From Lama glama (lineage: Eukaryota): a stretch of 64,000 nt of DNA. The DNA lies in the NCBI GenBank assembly GCA_028534125.1, contig CM052818.1, forward strand, positions 4,962,001-5,026,000. The letters are read 5' to 3'. A program made the translations under genes and the position numbers. Positions 14,396-28,958 of this stretch are shown here, piece after piece; position 1 is the stretch's first letter, and every line of letters starts with the position of its first letter. The notes below the pieces were generated by a model, which made no database searches, had not been told where the DNA came from, and worked only from the letters and a program-made list of their open reading frames with translations.

Positions 14396-14454
<59 letters not shown>
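14396..14454. repeat. (TATC)14 tetranucleotide microsatellite
   Basis: Perfect repeat, directly visible. Confidence 0.97.
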
Positions 14455-14942
14455 TCTAGGGTGCTAGGGTGGCATCAGGGGAGTGGACTGGGGAAGGAGT
14501 CTTTGAGGATCAAAAATTTGAATCAAGATCTGAGAGATGAGCTGATCTCAGCCAAGCAAAGAGGTGAGCCCAGAGCACGCCAGGCAGCAGGAATGGCATG
14601 GGTGTCAGGCAGGAATGGTGTGCATTGTTCCAGCAAATCCCTGCACATCACAGGGCTGTCTCCTTGAAGAGGAAATAAAATAGAGAAAGCTTTGAGCTCC
14701 CATGGGACTGAACAAAAATCCCACAAATTCTTACTCAACATATCCCATTTTAGTGATTAGTTTCACGAGGTCAATCTCTTAATAAAGAGGACTATGAAAT
14801 ATCCCTTTGTTATAACACTAGTTTGTCATCATGAGATTATTTTAATTAAAGGACTTGATTAAACCTTAATCATTAAGTATTTAATTAAGGTATTTGATTC
14901 AAGTCATATCAAAGAAATCAGATTTCTCTAATGTTCTTCAAA

Positions 14943-15162
14943 TACAAACACACACACACACATATTCACACACACTGACACACGGACAGTAACACACCCT
15001 CACTCACACCCGTATTCACAGCCCCACACGCACACACATTCACATATATTCACACCTTCTCATGCATATTCATAGGCAATAGTGCACGCTCACACTCATG
15101 CAATCACATAAGCACACACACGTTCACAGCCACCCCACTCTCACATACACACATATTCACAT
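14943..15162. repeat. Degenerate (CA)-rich low-complexity repeat
   Basis: Directly visible. Confidence 0.85.
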
Positions 15163-15209
15163 TCTAAGGGGATGGAGTTTATAAACATGCACTTTGCCCC
15201 TAGAAGTAC

Positions 15210-16050
15210 AACTCATTTATTTATTCAATATTTTGCCAAATCATCTACCAAGTGCCAAGCCCTAGAGATACAACAAAAATCAGGAATCATCTCTGCCCTC
15301 CCGGGGCTGACATTCCAGCGGAAGGTACAGGGGCTCAACACAATAACGAAAAATGCAGATTGTGATTCCAGGTTGTGATGAATGCCTTGGAGAAACCCAG
15401 CCAGGAGATGAGCTCACAGTTACTGGAGGCGGCCCTCGGGTGGGACAGATGGAGAAGGATTCCCTGGAAGGCGACACCCTCACTGAGGCCCGAATGACAA
15501 TGAGCCAACCATGCAGAGAAAGGGAGGAAGAGCAGGGCAGGCTGAGGGAAGAGCGAGCGCCGGGGAAAGGGCTCCAAGTCGACCGGGAACCGAAATGCCG
15601 GCACAGGGCTGAGCGTCAGGGAGCAAGGACCACAGCAGAACAGGGCAGAGCTGGGAAGAGAGACAGGAGCCAAGTTCAGCCAGGCCTTGTAGGCCACAGG
15701 GCCAAGTTTGGATTTCTTTTAAGAGCAGAGGGAAGTAACAGTTTATAGATGCCCCAGCCTGATGGCGTCTGTAGTTTTCTAGGTCTGCCCTGCCTACAAT
15801 TCGGGGAATGGCCGGGAAAGGGCGAGGGTGGGGGCGTGGGACCCATAAGGAGGTGGACGGAGTTAACCAGGAGGGAGATGGGGGAGGTCTGGGCACGAGT
15901 GGTCACAGTGGATGCGGGGAGAAGAGCGGGGATTTAGGACTTATCTTGAGAGTAAGAAAGGTAGGGTTTTGTCAAAGATTTGAAGAAGCCGTGAGATGGG
16001 GTCAGGTTAGGATGCCCCCAGGCCTTTTGCTTGAGCCCCTGAGAAGATGT
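15210..16050 (-). mobile_element. L2 LINE fragment (GC-rich)
   Basis: cattTATTTATTCAA tail, ctctgccctc...gctgacattccagcgg and ggccttgtaggccacagg...gtttggatt are typical of reverse L2; accounts for the cluster of spurious ORFs here. Confidence 0.7.
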
Positions 16051-19000
16051 GGTCACGAGCCTTTATGTCATCGCCATCTGGGTCACAGTCGTGGCTTGTA
16101 TGTATCCGGGGCTTAGCAGGTGTGTGTTCTATGTATTATCTCATTTGTCTCTTTCAACAGCTCTGTCTTAGAGATGAGCAAAGTTAGGTTCAGTGAGGTT
16201 GGCTTCCTCGGCTTCAAGGACTTGTATGTAAGTGGTGGCACTGGAAATTACAAGCAAGAACTCCGAACCCAGAGCCACGTCGGTGAGACATGGGAAAATC
16301 ATGCTTGAGGAACCCATGACCCCACATCTGAATTGTTGAACTCCTCCTTGCCAGCTTCTTTCTGGTCCTCAAGTTGACTCAAATGGTGAGCAGTTCACTG
16401 CAGTTTGCATCTTCCCCCTAGACAGGGAAGAGTAAGAGGACTGACAATTCCTTTTTCTTTTTTGTACTGGAAAAAAGGCAGTGCAGGTGGCTTGGGGTTA
16501 TAAATGGAAATGAAGCTGGAGGGTTCTGTTTGGGTTTTATTTTGTCTCCGATGAAGATATAGCTGTGTATAAATTATACCTAAATCGAATGAGTAAGTTC
16601 AGAGAGGAGAGCTCTGGGTGCAGTTTCCCCCACTGCTGATCCGTGTTGGGGGCACACTGTGAGCAGGCATCATGCTTCATGGGATGGTCCCTTTCTGATG
16701 CTTCTAGGGCTTCCCTCCTCCCATTCAGCGACGCACACATCCTTGAGTGAGGACCTCCCTTCTTCACACTTACTCCTGCTGCCATCTGCCTCTGTGACTT
16801 CAGTTCTCACCACCTGGCCGGTCCTGACACCCTCTGTGCCCTTGACCCCTCTCAGAGCTCCATGGGGCATCTCTTGTCTACCGGTTCCAGGCAGGGGAGA
16901 GAGAGGAGGAAGCGCGCTCTCTAGAAGGCAGAGTGGTGAGAGGTGATGAGGATGACAATGGTGATGACGATGATGATGACAAGCCAGATCCAAAGTCCCA
17001 TTTAAGACGCTTAAGGAAAGTCTTGTCTGCACTGTCCACGCAGGCCCTGTGACCCTGGAGACAAATCAACACTCAGATTCTGAACACTGAACTCTTAACT
17101 GTTTGTAGAGAGAGAGCCGCACTATTCTGCACTCAGTTTAATATATGTAATTCACACACGGTACATAGGAACCATAATCCCTATATCTGATGCACTAAAT
17201 GTAAGTCCCGTCTCTTGTATAGAAGGAAGACAAACGTAGCCTAATCAGAGGCAGTTCTGAGAGGCCAGTGGAAGCCACAGAGGAATGCGTGGCTGAAGGG
17301 TTTACAGGACAAGATGGGGGGAAGAATTCCTAACCCACTACACACTGTTCAGAAAATTTCTAAACAAACTAGAAATTCGACGAGTGCCTAAGGGAAAGGA
17401 TGACTGCTTTCTTCACACTATGCCCAAACCTCCCAACTCCCACCCCTGTAACTTGATGTCTCTCTTAACCAATAAAACAGGCAGCAGAAACATAAGGCAA
17501 GAGTACAGAGGAAATTCAAAACAGGGGAGAGGGAGGAGGTGAAAGATGTTGATCAATTAACCCTCCGGTTTTTCAAATCAGAGACCACTTTGGCATTCAG
17601 GGATGATGAATCAGTGCTGCTGGCAGATGCATCATGTCAGGATTCCGATGATCTAATTCTTCCATCAACCAAAAAGGCAGGTAATTACTGCATCATCAGA
17701 AGGCTCAAAAAACACAGGAGGGAATGCCACACAAGTGCTACTGCAGCATTATCTGACTCATCCTGTTAAAGACTCAGGACTATGTTCTAAAGGGATCAGC
17801 AGTCCGGGAGAGGGATGGGAGCAGGGCTGGGGAGTAAGATCTGGCAGGGCACTCCTTCTGAGGACAGACATGTCTTTTGATTCGAAAAATGAACACATTG
17901 GAAGGGTCATTTCTGCTGTGGAAAGATAGGCATTAGGACATGGCCAGTTGTGGGATGAGGATAAATAAAGGGAGCACTGAATTGCTCTGCATGATAAAAT
18001 GGGAAGAATTTTGAATTTTCAGGGACAGGCATGAGAGAAGGACATCTCATCTCTGGACAGGACAGAGATGAAAGGAGAACGGGGAAAATAATGTTCAAGG
18101 AAAAGGCGCAAAATGACTACTTCTCAATAGCACAAGCGGCCAAAGGACTTTCAAGAACATGAATGTCTCATATTAATCTTATCAACTGTGCTATAATTCA
18201 GTGTGGCTACCCCCCAAATCAACAATAAAAGTCTATTACACGTAACTATCTTTGAACATTGCCTTGTTTGCATTGTGCTTTGGAGGATTTAAAAAAAAAA
18301 AAAAAGGAGGGGGGTGGGTTCTGATCTTTGTTGAGTCAACAAAAGAAAGAAAAGGGAACTTCCACAAGAAGCCAGAGATAAATGAGATAAAAATTCATCA
18401 GAAGCCAAAAATCTGAACTAGATGTAACTATAAGAAATAAGTCCCAGATGATCCTCCAAGACACACCCTGGGGTACACACTGGATTTTCCACCATAGGGA
18501 GTTGGACACTCAAATTATTTGAATTTAAATGTTAAAACCCTCAAGGCTACAAGACTGAGGTGTACGTGAATTATATCGCATATGTCAGAAAATTGTTTCA
18601 TCTGTTCCCCGTTGCTTAGAATAGCTTGAAATGGAAATAAGTTAAATACTCAATAATAGAATGATGCTTAAGAAGATAATAGTAATGCATCTGCTAGGTA
18701 GAAAATTATGCAGCCAATAAAATAATATTTACAGAGGATTTAAAATAAAACAATAAAAGATTTTGTTATGCTGTCTAAGATAAAAATAAATGATTCAGAT
18801 TGTTTACACAGTATGGTTGGAACTCTATATACTGCCTAAACTCATCCCAGGAATATAGAGACCACTTGATTCTAAGGAATTTATTAGTATACTCCCACCA
18901 ACTAATCAAAGGGGAAAAGTGCATTCATTTCTATAGATACTAAAAATACATCCTTCTGGATTTTTATAACTTATTAATGTAATAATAGATGGATAATTCC

Positions 19001-19171
19001 TCAACAATATTTTCTATCTGAACCCAAAAGCCAAGGTTTGCTTAACGTTGGATAACTAGATACGTTCTTATCAAAGTGAGGAAGAATTTAACATTGTTCA
19101 AGCTATACTAACTAGCCAATGCAATAGGCTAGAGAAGTAGAAAAAATATACAACCTAGGTTTATTTCAATA

Positions 19172-19260
19172 GAGAACTGATTAAGTAAATAATATTAAGT
19201 ATTAGAACTGATTAAGTAAATAATACTTAATACTTAATATTATTTACTTAATCAGTTCTC
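19172..19260. repeat. Perfect inverted repeat with 33-bp arms and a 23-bp spacer
   Basis: 19172-19204 is the exact reverse complement of 19228-19260. Confidence 0.95.
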
Positions 19261-21409
19261 CATGTTAATACCAAGGCATCTGCAGATAAGGGACTAATTC
19301 TAGGTAGTTAAGACAAAAATGAAAAACAAGATATAAAGCACTGAAAACATTGTATATAGCATGCTTCTATTTGTAGAGAAAAGAAAGGAAGTTTGTATAT
19401 ACACAGACTGCTTTAAAAGAAAGAGATGTGAAACAGATAATGAGGGAAAGACTAGGAACCTGGAGGTCTGGGAAGGAAGGGAAATTTTTCATAGGAACAC
19501 TTTTTCACTGTTTGGAGTTAAGATTTGTATGTATTACTTTTCCAAACAAAGGAAACTAAGAATTAAAAGAAAAAAAAAGTTTACAGATCAAAAAGTAATG
19601 GGAAACTAAATACCCAGTAATAGAAAATTGGTTAAATAAACTATGGTAAAAATACCTTATGGGATTTTATGCAGCCATTAAAAATTATGTGTGTAAAATT
19701 AAAATAAGAATGTATACTACATCGCTCAATGAATATGTATCGAATGAATAAAACGATGAATTCCAAGGAAAGGGAGAAACAGGATAAAAACTGTGAATCC
19801 TGTATAATCATAATTATATAATCCCATCCAAATATATAGACAAGAAAAATAACGTCAGAAGGAAAGAAAGAAAAAGAGTGATTATCTCCTGCTTGTGATA
19901 TTAGACACTGAAAACAATTCCTTCTGTTTTTCTGATTTTCAGAAATGTATATAATAAATGTGCATTTTTTTTAAATGGAAAAAAATTCTTCTAATTTAGG
20001 AAGCGAGGTGCTCTATCTGCGTTTCTGAAGAAATGTGGAAAATAGCGAATAAATTACTCCCCAAAGGTGGTTCATACAGACCATGCAGTGTGGGCACAAT
20101 TTCCTTAATGTTCACCCTAAACTCAACTGTTGATTTCGAGTTTTACTTGCAAAATAAACAGTGAGCCAAAAGTAAAACACTGATAAAATTGAACTTGATC
20201 TGATTTATTCTAAAAGCAGAAACTTGCCTAAGGCAAAATTCTTTAGGAAAACATTCCAACAGCTAAAAGAAGATTGTGAGCCTGTACTTAAACCAGGTGA
20301 ATTTTCATTCATAAAATTCTTTCCTGTTCCTGTTATAACATCATAAAAAAATTAAAAGCTGCTGCCCTTGGATTTTCAATTTATTATGTATATGCTCTGT
20401 AGGAAGTAAGTAGCTGTGTGAAAAATGTCTAAGACATTCAATTAACGTTTGTTAACGAGATGAGCTTTAGTGAATATATTTGAAGCCAATTGGAATCAAT
20501 GTTGGAAATCAAGTCTTAGTGAAGAAAAGGATTTTGTTGTTTCACTCATATTTAGATTTTTTTAGATTAAAGGCCAGGCTACTGATCTACGGTATATAAA
20601 TGTGTTGTTAGCTTCAGTGTTCACTACTGACTGATGAATTTCACTTCATACACCAAATCTCCCACCCTACTCAAATCCTTTGCACATATAAACATTTTTT
20701 TTCACAAGAGTGGTGGTCATCTTTCTTTACATAAAACAGTGATCTGATTTTTCTTTTGCTAATTTACAAACAACAAAGTATGTCCCCCTCTCCATTTGAA
20801 TGAATTATTATGTTTTTAAAAATGTTTCCAAAGTCCTGAGAAGAGAAATGAAACAAAAGCCCCATGGTTTCTTATTCCCTCTCACTTTTAAGAATTTAGC
20901 AAATCTTTCAAAATCCTCATTAATCTAGGTCTCTCCCTCAACGTACACACACATACCCAGGCAACATACCTGTGTCTCCAGCCAGAAGACCACAGCACTA
21001 CCATTTCAGTTCCTCCTGGTTCCTTTGCTCATTCTGCTCTTCCGGAGCCCTGTCTTCTGTCCTTGGCCTGAATTGCTCCTGCTCAAGGACTCTTACCAGG
21101 TGACAGTCGAGTTGCCAGCTGATGCTGCAGTCATTTCAAGACGGACTGACATTAGAGGCTCCATTTATAAGCTCACCCCTATGGTTGCTGTCTGTTGGCC
21201 AAGGCCAACTCCGCCCCACACAGGCCTCTCCATGAGCTGACTGAGTGTCCTCACTACTGGCTTCATTCATTCATGAGTCATTCATGAGAGCGAGAGAGGG
21301 AGAGTAAGATGAAAGCCACAAGGATGTGAATACCAGAAGTGGGGATCACTGGGAGTCAGCTTGGAGGCTGGCCTACCCTCGAGAGCTATCACACTTACAA
21401 GCCCAGACT

Positions 21410-21874
21410 TGTTACTGGACCAAATTTGAATTCCCTCTCGCGTGCACAGTAAAGCTAATCTGCTGACCCTGGGTCGTGGTGAAGGGAAGTGCAGTGTTTA
21501 TTGCAGGGCACTAAACAGGGGGTCCGGGTGGCTAACTCTCAAAAGACCTGAACTCCCCGATGGCTTTCAGGGAAAGGTTTTTAAAGAATGAGGAAGAGGG
21601 GCTGCAGGGTGAAGGGAAAGGTTTTTAAAGAATGAGGAAGAGGGGCTGCAGGGTGCGTGATCAGGCTGCTTGACTGCTCTCCTTTGTTTCTGCTTTTTCT
21701 CACTTCGCTAATTAAATTTGTTCTTTGGAACCCAGGGAAGGCCTAGAAGGCTACAGTTTTTCTACAAACAAGAGGTGGGCAGAGGAAATGGTGGGAGTGG
21801 GGGCTGGGGGCTGGGGGTAGGGGGTAGGGTGGATTCTGTCCCAGGAAGACCCCATAGGGTCTTGCTCAGTTACA
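21410..21874 (-). mobile_element. Solo ERV1-type LTR
   Basis: TGTTA...TTACA termini, flanks gact/ggct (3/4 TSD), AATAAA on the minus strand at 21497-21502. Confidence 0.75.
21569..21655. repeat. Perfect 43-bp tandem duplication (period 44) inside the LTR
   Basis: agggaaaggtttttaaagaatgaggaagaggggctgcagggtg at 21569-21611 and 21613-21655. Confidence 0.95.
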
Positions 21875-24800
21875 GGCTGACTCCCAGCTTCTCCTAGAAG
21901 CTCTCTTTAATCACTACTCCTTCATTATTTCTTTCTTCTCAAAACACCTTTAGAACAAATTCTCTACCATGCTTGGCCCTTAATAATGCTGTTTTTCAAA
22001 TTCTTGATTTGTTTCATTTTAAATAATCTTCCCAGTGCAATGAAGCTCCTCAAATGCAGTACCTAAGACTCAGTGCATTGTATTTCATAATCCCTATCTC
22101 AATTTTAGCAACAGTGGGCTTAGCAAATATGGGGATGACTCTAATTGAGGACAACCTAGTTTGGTGGTTCTGAATGCCGGGTAGAGATGAAAACTGCCAG
22201 AGGAGCTTTGTAAAAACGCCAACGCCTGGGTGATTTCCCCCTAAAGACACCAGTATTTATTTAAATATATCCAGTGGGCAGGCAGTGGCTCAGGATACTT
22301 CCTGCCTTGGTCATAGACTAAGAAGAACCTATTTTGAATTGTAGGGTTTTGAAAATGGTTTTTAATGTCCTGTGATTCCACCAAACAAAACATCTGCTAT
22401 TCTTGGTGCAGTTCTCTTCATTAAAACAGACTGGGACATTGATTAAGCAGCTAAAACCTTGTTAGTGAATCTAGCTCTTTCACATACATAGTTTTTACTT
22501 CATACTCTGTCCAAAACAGAAATATGCATAATCATTTTTCCAAAATGTGCAATTATCATGTCATCTAATAGAAAATTCATCCCTAAATGTATCTAATTAA
22601 AAACTGTCCATGACTCATGAACGTCAACTGAAATGGCTACTACTGCAGGTCATAAAATTACTTCCAATAGACAAAATTAAAATTGGTAGTTTGATGACTG
22701 CTTTCAACACAGCTGTTTGGGCTGTGTCAGGAGAGGAAGTGTCTATTTCATCTGAAGTCCTTAAATCTCTTCCCCTCTCACATTGTCCATGAGGTTTTAA
22801 AATCCCCTACCCGTTCTGCACTACCCTTCCCTTTGCCCCAAGCACAATTCCCAGCCCTGAAAAGGATGGGGTGAAAAAGCCTTTCCGATATGAAAGAGTT
22901 TTTCAAAGACATGGCTTATGTGACTTGAGATGTCACAAAGAAAAGGGACTTATTACTGCCTGGTTAGGAAAATCAACCATTTTCAATTGTTGATGCAATG
23001 GTGTTAACTTCAGTTCTTCTGCCACTCTAATTCCTATCCCCTAATTTGGAGAAATGAGTAGTCATCTCATTTACCTCTTAAGAATAAGATGCTTCTTAGC
23101 AGAGGCTCTTTTGAAAAGGTTAACTAATTCAAGTCAGTGGCAAGGGTTTGGAACAGTGATTCTCAAATATGGTGCACAGCCCTTACATTTTTTTGGTAAA
23201 ATACTTATCTGAGACCTATACCAGATTTAATCAGCACCTTACAACACAAAATTTGCACTGATGGGCACTGAAAGAGATCAAGACAGAACCAAGCCTTATT
23301 GAACACCTTGGCACTCAAGAATATTTTTGGAATCCTCCTCCACGTCCAGCATAAATGGATCAGACTAACAAATAAAAAGTTCATGATCGTTAAAAGTAAA
23401 CGGAGGGCGGGTAAAATTGCAACATCTGAAGGCAAAGTAGAAATTGCAGTTATCACTGGTATTCCTGATTAATAGATGAAATAATGCAGAATTATAGAGG
23501 GCATAATAGTGCTAGTAGCAGCCCCAAACAGAACCTTTCCCCCTACCACCATGTGAAAACAAGAAATCCAGAGTATCTCCTCCATGCTAAACAGCTTAAA
23601 AGCTAGATTTCTACCCAACGGCTGAAAATGAACCAGACTTGACAACATGCATTTTGTCTCCTAACCTTACTCCTGTCTTCACGTCAAACTAGGTCTCATT
23701 TTCCTCTTATATTAGGCCAGAGACCTTTGGTTCCAAGTTATAGAGAGCTTAATATCTAAAAAGGGACTTTATATACTTCCTCAAAAATCATAGTTTAGCA
23801 ATTTCATTCTTTTGCTTGCCACTAAATTTTATAGAAGAGAACAAAGGGCAATATGTTGTTTATATAATTGTCCAAGCATTATTAAATGGAAATGCATTCA
23901 GAATAAAACTATGGCCTGCAAACAGGTCCAGAAAGCAGATGCTTTGAGTGTCCATTCAGCTGATGAATCGGAATCTGAGTTGACCAATAAAGTTCTAGGA
24001 ATATTGATGTCAAATACATGAAAGATGAGAAAGATTTTAAATCTCTACCCTCCAGAGAGGTCTTTCCAAAAATAGCGGAAATATAACTTGCTAAAGTAAC
24101 ACAGCTATCATGTTATCTAAATTCATTTATTATATATTTTAGGTCTAAACCTCTGACAGGTGAAGAAAACTAAGAGAAAACAATTGTGACTCAGATTGTG
24201 AGAAGTCAGGGATACAACAGTTTCTCAAACAGGCAAAAACAAACAAACTTGGAGTTGTGTTTGAAAACTGTATTCTCTGAAATATGCTTTAATAATCTCT
24301 GTAAATCAGAACAAATCAATGGAGATAAGCTCTGTAGTGTTGAATATAATGTCTCAAATGAACCGGCATCAAAAATGAAGGCGATACTGTAAAGTTAGAA
24401 TTTCCCCATTTTCTTCCTGGAAATCACACCAAGCAACACAGAGGAAGAGATACAATAACAGAAACTTTTTTTTTTTTTTTGGCAAAACAAATACCAAAAC
24501 AATAAACTAAAAAATTAGTGTAAGGTTCCCATAAGAGGGGAGATCAAGCAGGGTTTATGTAGAAGGAACAAGGGGAATAACATTGTAGCTTCAGATGCAG
24601 AAAGAGTCTGCAAAACACGCTTCTTAAAAATTAGGATCCCTGAGATGCAAAGTGCAAATGCCTTGTATGAGACAATGGGATAGGATGCATGTGCTGGAGG
24701 CGGGAACTGCTCTGGACCAGGTTTGCTGCTGAGGATCAGAAGGATCGCAGCAAACAAGGAATCATGGAAAATTAGCGATATTTACAAGAAGTCTTTCTTG

Positions 24801-24999
24801 CAGAAAGTGAGAGCAGAGGTTTGGCATTGCGAAAACCCTCCAAAGGGCCGATCCTCGTTGACTTGAGAGAATTTAAAGACTAGACAAACTCATATACAAA
24901 ATTCTGGGTCCTCAAGATGATAATTCCAGCTAATCTGGAATATTGCCATGAACTCTTCCATACAGAAAACTTCTGAAAATAATTGATCCTGGAGAAACT

Positions 25000-26520
25000 C
25001 ATCTGCATTAAAGATGAGTAGTGAAAAAAGGCAGTATCACCAGAGCCACATAAATATACCAAAAGGAGAAAAAGGGAAACAAACAAGAGGAGACAAGAAT
25101 ATCTTAAAACCAAAGCATATTAGGGAGAAAAAGTTTCTACTGTAGCAGATCAATTAGGACCAATTTTTCAACAGAAATTTAAATAGCTCAATGAAGCAAT
25201 ACCTTTTTATGAGGAAAGAGTGTAAAAATGTACTTAAGAGCTCAAGGAACAAATCGTAAGAAAATAGGGAGAGATAAAATATAAGTTTACATATAATGTG
25301 AAAGAAAAAAAAATAACAAAACCATTGCAAAAATAAAGGCAAAATCTGAAGAAGCACAGTGAATAAAAGATTGCAGGAAACAGTAAAAATAAATGGAAAA
25401 TAGATACTAGGAAAGTAAGGAAAATAAAACTGAAATAAAGCGGTAAAATGGAATAGAGGCAAATTGACTCCAGATTTGCAGAGTTCTAAGAGAAAAAAAA
25501 AAAAGCTGAAAAAGAACAAATAATCTACAATATAGCTCAAGTATATTTCTCTGAAATAAAAGGTTTGGATTCACATAGTGGAAGAACTAATCTGTCAAAG
25601 AATGAGAATTGGAAGGCCTTATGGCAATTCAAAATAATAAACAATAAGGCATATTTAGTATGACATTTTATACATCGATACCAATGTATAAACTAGACTT
25701 CACACACACTAAAGGAAACCAATTTCATTTAAAAAAAAAATCCCAGAGTATTAGCAAGCAGAATTCACTGGCACATTCCAAGAATAATACAGGAATAAGA
25801 CTGAATGGGGTTGGATTGTCCTAGTACCACAAGGATGGCTTCATGTTAGGAAACCTAATATAAAATCAAAAGCAGAAAAACAAGAAAACTCACATAGTCA
25901 TCTTATTAATTAGGCAACAAGTTCACTTGCTGTAAAAATACGCCAAATAACAGTAGCTTAAACAAAATAAATTTATTAGCTCCATTTAAGGACTTCAGGA
26001 TGAGACACATAAACTACTAATAGTGTTTATTATATTTACTCTATTATTCATTTTTTTAATTTAATATCATTATTATTTTTTGCTTCTCTCTCTTGAAATA
26101 GACTGCACATAAGCAGTTCAGAAATGGTACAGTGACACGCTAGTGTTGGCAGGCTTATGGACCCCAATTCTCCAACTAAAAGAGAATCCTATTAATTATT
26201 GAAGGAAGGGAGAATAGATATTGGTTATCAAGTAGTGTCTACCATAGTCACCTCCGTTAATGATGATAATAAAACATTTTTTAAACATCCAGAAATCGTT
26301 GATTTAAAAAAATAGATAAATAATAGAGTAAACAAAATAAATGCTTTTAGTAGCTTGTGTGTCTCATCCTAAAGTCCTTAAACGTAGTTAATAAAAAATA
26401 CAAGATAGGATGCCCACACCGACCATAATTATTCAACAATTTTCTTGCAGTTACCAGCCATTGCAAATAAAAATACACGAATAAAAAAAGTCAAATTTGT
26501 AAAGGATGAAAATAACTTAC
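25000..26520 (+). mobile_element. Old L1 fragments
   Basis: Very A-rich; L1 ORF2-like segments such as acaagatagggatgccca-type and caaggatggcttca motifs. Confidence 0.5.
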
Positions 26521-28958
26521 CAGTTGTTTTGGTTATCTGTTGATGTACATCACACACACCAAAAAATTATGGACTTAAAATAACATTTATTATCACTCGT
26601 GATTATGAGTTGATTAGGCAGTTTTTTACTCTCTAAAGTAATTCAAAGCCTATATTAAATGTGCTTCATTAGTTAACAATTCTAATATAAGATTTTAATA
26701 TTACATAATGTTACTGTTGGGAGAAACATTTTCAATTCTGGGTACATTTTATCTGTAGGGCTTTCGAGAATTTTGCTCACATGTTCCCTACTTAACGTGG
26801 TTACCTAAAGAAGACGAGTATTTCGTTTGTCTTCTTTTAACTAATTGATGAATATGTTTCAAACCCAGGATTTCTGTGGTTTTTAGACTGACTTTTTGAA
26901 CTTGGTTCACAGAGTAGTATTATGATTCATGCACTTACAGTTCCAGACACAGTGCAGAAGCAAAAGCTAGACTGGGAGCTGAGCATCAAGAAAGAAAATG
27001 GTGTATAGATGGATAACCAAGGTTGACACGGCAGGAAAAATGTGGGTGTTCTATGTGTAAACATTCACTGGGAAGTTTCTGGGCACATTTAAATATTTTC
27101 TGGATGTCACATGACAGCATTTGAATTGATGATTTGTTGTTATTTTAAGCTTAGCTCGTCAATTTTAGAGCTTTTTCCAGACACACTACTGTTCCTATGT
27201 TATATCCCATAACTTGCTGAGTGTATTTGGCTCTCTTTGATGTGGAATATATCCAACTTGGAACCAAAAATTCAAGAGTTATGTGAGATTTCAATAGTAC
27301 TGTCCTAAGGTAATCCACCCCTTTCATCGGCAGTGTTCTGTCTTCTCTCAAACATGAATACTACATCCAGCATTTTAAAAAGAGGCAAATAAGTCTTTGT
27401 GACATTGTGCATTTCCCTAGTGTTGGAAGGAACTATATTATTTCTTGCTATCTCAGAAAACAGAAGACAGTAAGTCTAGAATAATGATAAATAACATTTT
27501 AAGGGGATAGACAAGGGCCAACTCAAGAAAAAAATTATGCTACTTTTCTTTTCTATCTGCCTCATATTTCTCCCTTTTGGAAAATGCCCCTCTTGTGTGT
27601 CACATGATTCTGGTAGGGTTATCAATTAAGTGGTCACTTTCCTGCCCCAAATTTTGCATATGACCACGCAGGGATAACCAGAGCTTCTGTCTGTGATTGA
27701 GATGAAAACTGGGAGGGGGTGGGGAGCCTGTCTCCTTGTAGAGCTTCAGATTAAAAAGCACGTAAAAGTGAAAATGTTAGAATCCATTTTTCTCACTATG
27801 TAGAGCGAGCTTGGCTGAAGATGAAGCCAACAGACAGGGACATAGAGAGGAACACAGAGATAGAGAACAGAGAGACAGACTGACCTCAAGATATCACTGG
27901 AGCTCTTGGATCAAGCTATACCTAAAGCATGAAAAGAATAAAAGAAGTTACGTAACATCAGCATAGAATTGAAAATCAGGGCATAAGTAAATATTAGTAA
28001 ATTAAACAATAACGAAACAACTGATTGGCAATGCCTGTATAACCTCTTTCTAGTTGAAAATTTTAAAAATCTTTTCAGTCCGTTCTGATATATGTACCAG
28101 TTAATTAAAATTATACAGGTATTTTATTCAACAAAAATAACATACTGGTAAAGCCAACAACTCTATACAACAAAGCTTATAGGTTATTCCTACCTCAAAT
28201 CACAGCAATATATTATATGGATATTTCCAATATTTCTAGCATAAAGCATGTATCTCTAACCAGTCTTTGGTCAGAATTTACATTTATACAAAAGTTAAGT
28301 TAGGAAGTGATTATTTTAACAAAAGGGGTCTTTACAAAAAATAATCCACACAATTTCAGTAAATGACAGGCATCCATTAGGTACTGTCAATATTGTTTCA
28401 TATTAATTTATATAATCTTTCCCAGAACCATCTATTACATGAAGTTACATAATTAAAACCTCCTAATTAAAATTTTGATATTGCATTGAAGCATTGTGAT
28501 TTTCAAAATATATTAGAAATAGTAACACACAAACATAAGACCTCAAATGAACATACTTCTTTTAGAATCATAGAAACTTGAGGGGATCTTAGATATCCAG
28601 TTTAATCTTTTCATTTTCATAGTGTTAACAGATGTCCAGAGAAATTTATCTAGGCAATTAAGTAATGATAAGACCAGGAGTAGAAACTTGGCCTCCTAGC
28701 TCGTTTAGATGGTAAAATATGGATTTCTGTATCTAGATGTTTGGTGGTGTTTTGGTCTTGTGAAATATGACACACTCATGTCCAGTTTGGGAGCTTCTCA
28801 TGAGCAAAATCTATATACCGTTTCTTTCTATTTAAAATATCTAAAATTGGTAAAGAGAGTATCAGCCAGGAGAGGGCTAGATAAGGCAAACTCAAAATTC
28901 TGTGTATAAACTCTGCCCAAGTCTCTGGCTGACCCTAGAACCATGCATGTGCTAGGCT

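Noticed and set aside
15172..16116. Dense cluster of overlapping ORFs
   Set aside because: Lies in a GC-rich L2 relic; no protein similarity or exon structure recognised
16943..16983. GAT/GAC run encoding DDDDDK, resembling a FLAG/enterokinase tag
   Set aside because: Degenerate (GAT)n microsatellite; lacks DYK and any vector context
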